Assembly: GCA_963693365.1 (NCBI GenBank)
Contig: CAVNZM010000008.1
Coordinates: 62,001 to 126,000, forward strand
Source: Amoebidium appalachense
Taxonomy: Eukaryota > Protista > Ichthyosporea
Direction: 5' to 3'
Length of the DNA stretch: 64,000 nucleotides
In this document: positions 47,184 to 58,283 of the stretch, piece by piece
How the letters are laid out: each line of letters starts with the position of its first letter
Numbering within the stretch: position 1 is the stretch's first letter
The notes under the pieces: model-generated
What the model saw: only the letters and a program-made list of their open reading frames with translations
Told to the model about the DNA's origin: nothing
The model's database searches: none
Made by a program: the position numbers and the translations under genes

Positions 47184-50100
47184 CTATAATTTTGTAGTGA
47201 TGTGTTTCTCAAGCCAATCAATACATCTAATAAACAGGTCGTAGTTACGCGTGTTTAGTATAAAATCAAGGATGTTGTAATTTACAGGTAGGCTATCTTT
47301 CTGGGTGTCTGTTGTGAATGTGACGTGTGTGTTGCGGTATTATGTGGTCTATCAAACTACATTTGGCGATACATGACCGGTTAAACTGGTGTGTGTGTGT
47401 GTTGTTTGGGCATGCAAATGATGCCACCTTATACTTATTAGATCTCCACTGTATAGCACGTGTACAGTAAAAGCGTGGTAATTGATCAATAATACCATCA
47501 GCTAGAGAAAGACCAGTTCTACAGGAAGGTAATATGTATTTAGGTGTTATACACTTGCGAGTGCCATATTTGGCAATATGGTTGAGGCGGTCAGTATATA
47601 TAAAACGAGACATAAGGCTTAGTTTTTCAAGGTGAATGCTTTCATCGGGTCTAGTGTCGTGTGGTATCTTTTTCCATTTGTTATATTGCGTGATTATCTT
47701 GTGATTGTGTACATGTTTAATAAGTAAGTGGCAGTCCAAAGTCACACACACACTATTGCGGGGTTTATTTGTATTTGTGCCCAGGGGAGAAGGGGAGAGA
47801 GAGGGGAGGAAAGAGGGGAGAGGTGAGGAGGGGACAGGTCGGATAGAGAAGAGAGGGTGGGAGGGCAAATACTTCTTTAAGCGGCTTATGTGCTTATTGA
47901 ATTTCAGCGCGAGATAGGATACTCTAGCAGCTATTGGGACCAGACCATATATCGAGAGCGTTATAGGCCCAGGTTTACAACAGTTGTTAGATAGAAAGGA
48001 GGCAACTTCTGCTTCAAGGAAATTTGCCAGGGGTTTAAGCGCTCTAGTTCTCTCTTTCTTGATCCAAGCGGCGAGAAGGGGTAAACCATATTCACATGCC
48101 GGGAAGACAAAAGTGCGAATAAATGTAAGTCTAATAGAAGGATGGAGGGGTGTGTCTTTAAAAATATTAGCCGAGAAGAAAGCTAACCGCTTACGAGCCA
48201 ACTCTACCCTCTTTTCGACCATATGGGGAAACATAACACCAACAGAATCAACCGGAACACCAAGATATTTGTATTCTGGAACTATAGGTACAGGTTTAGA
48301 TGATAATGTAAATGTGTGTAAATTGTTACTAATAGCTATATCAGGTACAAGAACACCACATTTGTCTATGTTAAGGATCATAAGGTTTGCCTTGCACCAC
48401 TCTGACACTACATCGAACAATCTTTGCAGGCGTCTAGGGGTACGGGCAAGGAGGGACAGATCATCAGCATAGAGAAGTGCAGGCGGAAAGTTATTAATAG
48501 GGTCATCGTTTTCGGCGTAAATTTTGACAGCCAAATCATCTATAAATAGGTTAAACAAAAAGGGGCTAAGCAATGAACCCTGCAAGAGACCTCTAGTACG
48601 AGCAAAACCATATGAAAGATGCCCATTAACCACAGCTCTACCATAGGTTTGAGACAAGAGTGCTTCTAACAGAACACCAATGCAGTGTGGTACACCCCGT
48701 GCAGCAAGCTTTTCCCATAGGAGACCAGGGGAGACAGAATCGTAAGCAGTTTTCCAATCAATAAAGCCAACATATTGTGCACCAACTTGCATAGAATCGT
48801 GCAGTGCCATTATTTGAACATAACATGAATTGTTTTTACGAAAAGCGGATTGGCATGGGTGTATGTGAAGAATAGATTGAAACCTAGGGTGATGTGCAAA
48901 TAACCTAAGTAAGCAAGCTTCAAAGAATCTACGAACAACCTGGGTTAGTGTAATGGGGCGAAAGGATGATATGGGGCCCTCAGAGTCCTTCTTAACTATG
49001 GGGATCACTAAGGTATCTAACCAAGATGACGGGACATGTCCACATTTAACACACCAAGAAAAGAGAGAGCTTAACATGATAGTAAGATCAGGTTTAATAG
49101 CACGATCACTTTCCTTTTGTGGGTAGGAGGGAACAAGGGTTTTAAGAAACCCAGCAGGGAGTCCATCAGGTCCACAAGACTTACTAGAGCTATAACTAGA
49201 TATCACAGACCATATGGCATCGGGACTGAAAAAGGGGAGGATCGATTCTATGGGGATAGATGGGTCTACAGGCCACACAGTAGGTTTCTGAGCGGGGGTC
49301 CTATCTTTAAACAGTTCCGAGAAATACTTATCAGAGTCTATGAGGGGGTCTCCAGTGGTATCACCAATAATACGAGCAGGGGGGCCAAATCGATTCATAC
49401 TAGCAAGCCGGCGCAAGCTTTCCTTTTGAGACAGGGGTTCACCTAGTCTAGCGGGAGTGGTGTTTGGTAACAAGAGAGCATCGGGATATTCCTTCCTACC
49501 ACCGCCAGCATAATCACCGAGATCTATCAAATCATCAACAATAAAGTTAGTGCATGTATCTAGTTACTGTACGAGATGTGAATCTGGCCTGGCTTGTGCA
49601 GATTCTAATAGGCGCATATATATAGGGTGTTTCGTAGCATAGCATACACATACATCAACTCTACCCCACTGTGACTTAAGCTGGGATAGACGGAGGCGAA
49701 AGGTGGGAGGAGGAGGGGGGAGCAGATCAAGGGAGATCTTAGGTAGGAAAAGGATAGGAGAGTGGTCAGATGACCTAGAGAGGTTAGGAGGGAGAGAGAG
49801 TTTTGACATGGTTGATGGCCAAAAGGCCACTCCCCAGTCGGTGTTGTGGGCATGGGATATTTGAGGGAACCGCAAAGTGTGACTTTGGACATACCTTGCT
49901 AAAGGGATAGCACGCTCCGGGGGCTTAGATGGGTACCCGACACTCACTTGCAGTGTGTCTGTGTGGTGGAGTCGCGTGTTAAAATCACCTAAAATAACAG
50001 TGGACATTGGTAACTGTGACAACTCGTGAGTCAATTCGACAACCGACATAGATGGTGGGTAATATACAAAAGTAAAAACATTAGAAAGAAACTCTATAGA

Positions 50101-50388
50101 AACCGAGAATTCCGTTTTTGCTACCGGTTTGCACTTCACTCTCACGTGTGGTGCGGCAAGTACAATAATGCCTCGGTTTTTCGCGTAACCGGGGTGTGTG
50201 GATGTGTCGACCAATGTAGAGTTGAATTTGTGGTGGTTTTTAAACTGTGTTTCGCAAATCACTGTAAACGTGTGGTTGTTTGTCTGTTGTTGTATGTAGC
50301 TGATTTTATCGTCGAGTGTCCCGGGGGGGAGGCCCTTTTGGGGGCCCAGTGTCCGAGCATTCCAGAAGAAGAAGGATAAATTAGGCAT
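47184..50388 (-). pseudogene. ORF2: AP-endonuclease + reverse transcriptase + Cys-containing C-terminus, disrupted
   Basis: EN: WNART, ICET, VYYPP, LGDFN, SDHSPI. RT: GPDGL, FRPITL, FIDWKTAYDSV, GLLQGSLLSP, LYADDL, YKYLG. EN and RT ORFs are in the same frame, separated by one TAA (49564-49566). A 2-nt CA deletion near 47325 shifts the C-terminus relative to the other copies. Confidence 0.93.
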
Positions 50389-51565
50389 CGGTTTGGTCCG
50401 ACACCTGTGGGGTTGGTTCCCACTTGTCGCTTACGGGGTCGTATGCACGACCTTCCGCCAGCGCGAACAGTTCGCAGAAGAGCTCGATTTCCATCTCGCA
50501 TCGGCGTTTGCGCTCGAGCAGTTTCTCACCAGAAAACATTGGTTCCTTCGTGTCCGTGTCTATCACGCTCGTAGCATCGTTTTCCAACTTTGCGAGGAAC
50601 TCTTTTGCCTTGCTGATGCGTACACGACAACGTGTGGCGCACGCATTCTTAGCAGACACTTTACGTTCTTTGTCTGCTTTCTGAATGTTTTCCGGCGCGC
50701 ATGGGTCGTAGCTTGGGAGGTGGGTGAAGAAGCTTCCACACCCCTTTGTCGCGTCACGGATGAACACACGGTTATAGTCGCCCCGTACTGCTACTTCCAG
50801 CACATCGTATCCAATGAAGGACAGACAAAGGATGCGAGAGCACCGGAAGCCGAGAGCCTTGAAGATGGACCACATGGCCCTGTGTGGGCGTCTGCCGTGC
50901 TTGACTTTGAAATACACCCTCTCGTATTTGGGTGGGATGTTGATGTTACCGTTTGCTTGGGTGTTCCCCTTAGCCGGCGGTTTGGGAGGGGAGTTGCGGC
51001 GGTACTCGTTGCCTGCAAGAATGCTGGCATATGTTTCCTTGGCAATTTGGCGGAGCTCGGGTGTTTTACGAGAGTTCGCATATTGTAGGAACTCTGCCGG
51101 GAGCTGTGCTTCCGGTCCTGTGTTGTTTTGTGTTGGGGTGGAAATGTCTCCGTCGCGAGATGTTTGCTCATGAGTTTTGGGGTTTTGCGATCCACTAATG
51201 TTTAGCTGGGCTGTGAGTGAATCAATGGTGAGCTTGAGTTGGGTATTTTCTGTTTGGAGTTTTTCTATCATGTTCTTGAGTGGTAACAGCTCATTTAGCT
51301 GTTTCTTAACGAGGGCAAGTTCTGCCAGTACTGTATCAACCGAAAGTTTCGGCATGGTTGTTATTGTGTTTCTACGGAGTGGTGTGGTGTTATTCTGAAT
51401 GGGTAGTGTATTGTAAATAGGTGTTGCGCTTAGTCTAAGGCGATGTTTTTCTGGTTGTGCATCTGTGGTAGGTGTATCTGCTGGACGTTTTAATGGTCGC
51501 ACATGTGTGATGGGTGTAGATGGAACTTTGAAAGAGGTTCTGAAACGATTATAGGCATGTGCCAT
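50381..51565 (-). CDS. Non-LTR retrotransposon ORF1 (coiled coil plus putative RNA-binding domain), 394 aa
   Basis: Lies directly upstream of EN; heptad region LAELALVKKQLNELL..LQTENTQLKLTIDSL; globular block YERVYFK..FRCSRILCLSFIGYDVLEV..YDP. Confidence 0.85.
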   Translation of the reverse strand: MAHAYNRFRTSFKVPSTPITHVRPLKRPADTPTTDAQPEKHRLRLSATPIYNTLPIQNNTTPLRRNTITTMPKLSVDTVLAELALVKKQLNELLPLKNMIEKLQTENTQLKLTIDSLTAQLNISGSQNPKTHEQTSRDGDISTPTQNNTGPEAQLPAEFLQYANSRKTPELRQIAKETYASILAGNEYRRNSPPKPPAKGNTQANGNINIPPKYERVYFKVKHGRRPHRAMWSIFKALGFRCSRILCLSFIGYDVLEVAVRGDYNRVFIRDATKGCGSFFTHLPSYDPCAPENIQKADKERKVSAKNACATRCRVRISKAKEFLAKLENDATSVIDTDTKEPMFSGEKLLERKRRCEMEIELFCELFALAEGRAYDPVSDKWEPTPQVSDQTDA

Positions 51566-51992
51566 GACATGGATGGGGGTGTTCCCCGGCCCTTAGGGCC
51601 ACGGATGGCCTGGTTTAGGCTTGTTCACATGGCGGCCCAACTGGCATTTGTGTAGACCGGACTGCTCTCGAATTCGCGCGCACAAAGTACAAAAGCCAGT
51701 GCGGCGCTATCTTCCGGCAGCTCCTTGTAGAAGTTATTGTGGGGCGTTGATCATTTCGGGGCATTAATTAATAGGCTCACTCGCGGGCCTCGCTTTGCTC
51801 GTCCCGCGGTTCGCCCGAAGGGAATAATCATAAATGGCTATTCGTTGAGTTTGTATCAACTTGTTGAACATGTGCAAGGATAGTGTTTTTGGTTATGACG
51901 TCATAACTTGCCTCGTAAACTTTTCCGCCTGGGGGCCTCGAGGGGGAGGTAGGGATCTACGCTCAACCGCTCCGAGCCTACCTGATTATATA

Positions 51993-52877
51993 GAAAGAGA
52001 GAACTAGAGCGCTTAAACCCTTGGCAAATTTCCTTGAAGCAGAAGTTGCCTCCTTTCTATCTAACAACTGTTGTAAACCTGGGCCTGTAACGCTCTCGAT
52101 ATGTATATGGTCTGGTCCCAATAGCTGCTAGAGTATCCTATCTCGCGCTGAAATTCAATAAGCACATCAGCCGCTTAAAGAAGTATTTGCCCTCCCCACC
52201 CTCTCTTCTCTATCCGACCTGTCCCCTCCTCACCTCTCCCCTCTTTCCTCCCCTCTCTCTCCCCTTCTCCCCTGGGCACAAATACAAATAAACCCCGCAA
52301 TAGTGTGTGTGTGACTTTGGACTGCCACTTACTTATTAAACATGTACACAATCACAAGATAATCACGCAATATAACAAATGGAAAAAGATACCACACGAC
52401 ACTAGACCCGATGAAAGCATACACCTTGAAAAACTAAGCCTTATGTCTCGTTTTATATATACTGACCGCCTCAACCATATTGCCAAATATGGCACTCGCA
52501 AATGTATAACACCTAAATACATATTACCTTCCTGTAGAACTGGTCTTTCTCTAGCTGATGGTATTATTGATCAATTACCACGCTTTTACTGTACACGTGC
52601 TATACAGTGGAGATCTAATAAGTATAAGGTGGCATCATTTGCATGCCCAAACAACACACACACACACCAGTTTAACCGGTCATGTATCGCCAAATGTAGT
52701 TTGATAGACCACATAATACCGCAACACACACACGTCACATTCACAACAGACACCCAGAAAGATAGCCTACCTGTAAATTACAACACTTTGATTTTATACT
52801 AAACACGCGTAACTACGACCTGTTTATTAGATGTATTGATTGGCTTGAGAAACACATCACTACAAAATTATAGCGCA

Positions 52878-52952
<75 letters not shown>

Positions 52953-52983
52953 CCAGCTGATACCGAGTGTCCCAAGGGGAGCC

Positions 52984-53021
<38 letters not shown>

Positions 53022-53214
53022 GGGGAACCCCAACTAATTGATTTCTCCTTGTAGTCTTTATGGTGTCTCGTAGAGAAAGTAAACCCTGATATATAGTCAC
53101 CACCCGACATCTATGTACGTGATCATGATATACCGCTGAGGGGATATTCCGAGCAAACCCCCCCCCCATACCTGAGACTGGTTCTCTTTGCCTCGAGTAA
53201 ACAGCGTAAACCCC
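51993..53214 (+). mobile_element. 5'-truncated copy (~1.2 kb) of the non-LTR element
   Basis: Reverse-complement match to 46850-48058; 9-bp TSD GATTATATA at 51984-51992 and 53215-53223; small frameshifting indels. Confidence 0.94.
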
Positions 53215-53954
53215 GATTATATATACTAGCGCCGAGAAGCGCTTCGCATGCATGCGCAGGCCCTATCCAAGAACAGCTGTCTGGATGTGCCAGTAAGGCG
53301 TTCATGTCGACTCTGTCCAGGCCATTTTGCACAGGTGTGCCACCTTCCCACAGCAACCATACCTTCCGGTACTAATTAGTGCATGCAGGGACTCTACAGT
53401 TCACAGAAAACATATGCATGGTTATAAATGTACATGTTCATTGTCGATTGTGATATCTCGACAGCTCGACGAGCGATCGAGGATCCGGACACACATGATG
53501 GAGGTACAGCCTCCCGATCTACCGATTCAGTACATACCGTGCATCGACCATAGATAGGCTAGCCTGACCGGGACCCCCACACCCACACACGGTGTCGGGA
53601 TAGTGCCTGTGCGCATCAAAAATAGGGTACTTCTCTCCTAGAGTGTTAAAAGAAAGAGAGAAAAAGAGTGGTGGCCATGGCCGGGGTCTGCCAGGTGGCC
53701 TTGCACATAAACAATGGAAAATTTAACACACTTGAAAGCGCAGTCTCACACTTAAAGTGTTTACAAAAGTCGAGAGTAGGCATAATAATAAGCATAGCGC
53801 ATGGCGCAGAGCCCACGCCAACCCCAAGTTATCCAGAGTACCTGAATCTCGACCCATACTCACCTATCTAATAAATAATCGACGAAACCTAACTCCAATA
53901 AAGTGAGTTTGAGTAAAGTAACGTGAGTAAAGTTTTTATTTTTTTTTTATTTTT

Positions 53955-54017
<63 letters not shown>

Positions 54018-54145
54018 AGAGAGGCTCAGGAGAGAAACTCTGAGAGCTAATCAGCATGACACGGCTAACTGAATTATACTTTTTTATAAGTATATAATAG
54101 GGGAATTCGAAGCCTCGTCTCAGGAAGAAAGGAGAGAGAGAGAGA

Positions 54146-54193
<48 letters not shown>

Positions 54194-54266
54194 GGGAGGG
54201 AGGGAGAGCCAGAAGGAGGGGGGACTCCGAGGGGGGAGAGGGGGGGGGGGGGGGGGGGGGGGGAGA

Positions 54267-54297
<31 letters not shown>

Positions 54298-54298
54298 T

Positions 54299-54334
<36 letters not shown>

Positions 54335-54358
54335 CAGAGTGAGTGAGTGAGTGAGTGA

Positions 54359-54398
<40 letters not shown>

Positions 54399-54754
54399 AA
54401 AGAGAGGGAGAGACAGGAGACAGAGACAGTGAGAGCGAGAGAGAATCTCGAGCGGCCACGGGGGGGTGGCCTAGCAGGGGAGGCAGCTGAGGAGCTAGCC
54501 TCGACAACTGTGCCTGTACCATGGTCATGTGATAAATACTAACCTTCACTGGCGCACACGTCTGTGTGTGTCACAATGTGTGTGTCACTATGTGTGTGGG
54601 TGTGTTTTGGGGGGCCCCCGGGGGGGGGGGGGGGGGGGGGGGGGGAACGACTAGGGCTAAGCTTAAAGGGCACACAAAGTCCACGGGATTAAGCAGACAA
54701 CTGGCCCGACAGCCAGGCCCCTCTTTATTCCTTGGCCGGCCACAGTGCCAGCCC

Positions 54755-54869
54755 TCACCGGGCACTCTTCTTCTTCTGCTTGGCTGCCTGCTTGCGCTCC
54801 CCCCGGTCTTGGGCATGGGCCTCGGGTCCAGCCCCAACCTGCACACAAAGCGGTTATAATTAGAACACT

Positions 54870-54903
<34 letters not shown>

Positions 54904-57151
54904 TGAATGCGGAACACAGTACGAAGTACGCATAGACGATGAGAAGCATGATGCAGGACACATGCAAAGGCAAACATTCAAGTATGCAGCATCAGCCATG
55001 CGCACAGTATGCGTCATAAGCAGAGCCCATCCTCAGGGAGGGCCCAAGTCATCAATTGCGTCTGAGTTTCGACCCCTTAGCCCGCGTATATACGACGCTC
55101 CAACTCAGACAGCAGCATCAACTGAACTTGGGTGGGTCAACCCGTCTTGATCAAAGACGAGCAGGGTTGCTTATGCAAGCAAGGTGAGCAAAACGGTGAA
55201 GATGTGTGTGCAAACTAATGCAGTGCAGCGACAAACGCGTATGTGCTTACAGATGCACGACACAGAGCAACCATGCCCGGTTGCATGGAAGTAAAGATGT
55301 CTCCACACAGTGGTCTGTCCTGAAAGGACACCTCTGAAAGAAGACAGGGGGGGTTTGAATGCGGAACACAGTACGAAGTACGCATAGACGATGAGAAGCA
55401 TGATGCAGGACACATGCAAAGGCAAACATTCAAGTATGCAGCATCAGCCATGCGCACAGTATGCGTCATAAGCAGAGCCCATCCTCAGGGAGGGCCCAAG
55501 TCATCAATTGCGTCTGAGTTTCGACCCCTTAGCCCGCGTATATACGACGCTCCAACTCAGACAGCAGCATCAACTGAACTTGGGTGGGTCAACCCGTCTT
55601 GATCAAAGACGAGCAGGGTTGCTTATGCAAGCAAGGTGAGCAAAACGGTGAAGATGTGTGTGCAAACTAATGCAGTGCAGCGACAAACGCGTATGTGCTT
55701 ACAGATGCACGACACAGAGCAACCATGCCCGGTTGCATGGAAGTAAAGATGTCTCCACACAGTGGTCTGTCCTGAAAGGACACCTCTGAAAGAAGACAGG
55801 GGGGGTTTGAATGCGGAACACAGTACGAAGTACGCATAGACGATGAGAAGCATGATGCAGGACACATGCAAGGGGGGATGTGTTAAATAGTACTCTGCAG
55901 GGTGGGCAACTCAATACAGAGTCTGAAGGCCACACACACAAGAGCATGCATAGACAGCAGTGCCCATCCTCAGGAAAGGCCCAGGTCACCCACATCACCC
56001 GAGTTTCGATCAATTCACACCGTCAAAAGGCCCAGGTCACCCACATCACCCGTCAACGAAACACAATGGAAATATGCCCCACTTGACTTGCCAATGTGTG
56101 GTCACCCGTCTTACTCAAGAGACTGGCCAGGGGGTTGTATGCGCCACTGAGGACTAGGCACACGTCTACAACGCACACACAATGCAGAGTGCAAAGCACA
56201 CATTAAAAGTATGCCACAATAAGCAGAGCCCGACCTGTACTTCTCGGTCCACGTGAGGATGTGTCTGCGCACGGCCACGGGCACGTCTTTGGCCCGCATG
56301 CTGTCAAGGTCGCTGCTGAACAGCTCCTCCCAGCTGCCAAATTTGGACGCAACATCCCCCGCCCCCCGGCCAATTGTGCTCAGAAACCGCTCAACCGTCA
56401 TGGGTGTGCCGTCTGCAAGCAAGCCAGCATGTCAGTGGTATCTCATGTCAGCATGTCTCATTGTTCGGGTAGCTGGGCCAAAGAATGGCATTGAAGGGAA
56501 CTAGGATGCTGCACACTTGACACATATATACAAAACGGGGGGGCATGGGCGTATGCATTAGGGAGTTGCAAATATGGAAGTGAGGGGCATTGGTGTCGTA
56601 CTGGTATGGGTGTCATTCGGTGCACATTGATGGCCATAAGAGGTGTGAAGGAGCAATGACACACGCAACTACACAAAAGCACTGAAGGCCAAAACGTGGG
56701 ACAAAGCAAAGGCCCCAGAACAAAGTCTACAGATCAGCACCGCATTGTCCCAGGTGTTGCTTCTCCAAACCACGCGTGTTAGCCCGAATCACAGGCAGGT
56801 ACACTGCTTGAAACTCAGGATACGAATACGTGACCATAGAGCCGCAAAGCATAACTGAACATGCCAAAGGGTTACATTACGACCGAGCGGACAAAAAGGT
56901 AGGGCAAACCCAGAGGGGGTGGTGTCTGTGTCTGTGTGTGTGTGCGTGTGCGCGCGCCCGCATGTGTTCGTATTTTTGCTTTTATTTTTTGGGGCGGGGA
57001 GAGGAAGAAGGGGGGGTGCATCACATCTGGCACTGACACATCCAAGAATACGATGAACAGTCTGGGGTGCAAAATGTGTTTGAAGGAATGCGGGAAGCCT
57101 GCAGGCATCACACATTTTGGTGGCAGTGGCGGTGGTATTGTGTGTGTGTGT

Positions 57152-57200
<49 letters not shown>

Positions 57201-58283
57201 TGTATGTGTTAGAGGGTTGGAAATATGGAGGAGACACCAGAGGACAACAACAAAACATCACAAAAATGATAAACCCGAAATCAAACAATATAAGTGTGCT
57301 GGCAAAAGACACTTGAACAGAGGCCATCACATCACCAGGGAGGGTCCTGTGCCTCCACCAAAGCATGGGTTCGACTATTTGGAGGACAGAGTGGATAGGC
57401 ACAGGGCGCCCAGGCACCAAGGTAACAGGGGCGGGGAATTATTATCTGTAACAGAGCACGACGTAAGAGGGCACGACGTAACAGAGCACGACACAATCAC
57501 AAAGCACAACACAAGGCATATTTTGCAAAGCACACAAAATGAATATGTATCTCAGGCAGATACTATTGGGGGGGGGGGGGGGGGAGGGGGGGATGTATGC
57601 GTTAGTGGGTTGGAAATACGGAGGAGACAACACAGAGCAACAACAAAAACGTCACAAAAATGAGAAGCGTGCAGGCAGAAGACACTTGAACAGAGCCCAT
57701 CATCAGAGGGGTTCCTATGCCTCCACAAAAGCATGGGTTTCAACTCTTTAAACTCTTGCGGGGAAAAAGGGAGAGAGGGAAAGAGGGGAGAAATTACGTG
57801 TTTATGAACGAGCAGAAGAGGAAGAATAGAATACGAGACACACACACACAAGCAGACACACACACACAAACACACATGCATATATATATAATAGGATATA
57901 TATAGAGAGAGGGAGCGAGGAGAGTAACGACGCAGGGCAAGTACACACACATGCACACACACACACACACACACATGGACACACATACACACACAGAAGG
58001 AAGAGAGGGAGAGACACAGAGAGGGAGGGAGGGAGGGAGGGAGTTGAGAGGCGCAAGAGGCAGGAGAGTAGGAAGGGAGAACGAGAGAGTGAAAAGCACA
58101 AACCACACAACTGGTCAACCAGTTACGCACCTAGGGTGTCACGTGGCATGGGCACGGTAGGCACCCTCTTTCTGTGCAGCTGCACGGGGGCTGCTGGTGG
58201 GTCTGCCGGGGCTTCCGCCTCCCCAAACAGTTGTCGGCCAGATGATAGCAGACGCAAAGACAGTGGTCGGTGGCGGACAAGGC
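54755..58283 (-). CDS. FYV4: IGR-motif protein, mitochondrial ribosomal small-subunit mS41/Fyv4-like; first exon not located
   Basis: Exons 58283-58165 (presequence-like LVRHRPLSLRLLSSGRQL), 57445-57418, 56412-56235 (TVERFLSTIGRGAGDVASKFGSWEELF..VRRHILTWTEKYR), 54838-54755 (LGLDPRPMPKT..GERKQAAKQKKKSAR*, needing one extra G). AATAAA follows about 25 nt after the stop. Confidence 0.82.
54901..55871. repeat. Essentially exact 452-bp tandem repeat (two full units plus a partial) in a FYV4-like intron
   Basis: GTTTGAATGCGGAACACAG starts at 54901, 55353 and 55805. Confidence 0.95.
57198..57745. repeat. Diverged direct repeat (~150-180 bp) on both sides of a 28-nt exon; short relative at 39159-39200
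   Basis: poly-G+ATGTATGYGTTAGWGGGTTGGAAATAYGGAGGAGACA..CAACAACAAAA..AGACACTTGAACAGAG near 57198 and 57591. Confidence 0.75.

Larger units (their letters stand above)
46850..51615 (-). mobile_element. Full-length non-LTR retrotransposon (ORF1 + APE-RT ORF2), ~4.77 kb
   Basis: Two ORFs overlapping by 8 nt (ATGCCTAA); candidate TSD TAGGCTT at 46843-46849 and 51616-51622; 3' terminus identical to that of the two truncated copies. Confidence 0.93.

Noticed and set aside
51540-51700. HDV-like or hammerhead ribozyme at the LINE 5' end or in the 3' tail
   Set aside because: I could not build the nested double pseudoknot or find CUGANGA/GAAA cores by eye; only small hairpins are supported. An Infernal or RNArobo search would be decisive.
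46791-51735. GCCAGTGCGGCGCT.. direct repeat on both flanks of the LINE as a long TSD
   Set aside because: Only about 40 bp, diverged, and not adjacent to the element ends; more likely an older local duplication in the target region.
46850-53214. One large TIR- or DIRS-like element with 1.2-kb inverted ends
   Set aside because: Each part has its own candidate TSD and sequence variants, and no transposase or tyrosine recombinase is present.
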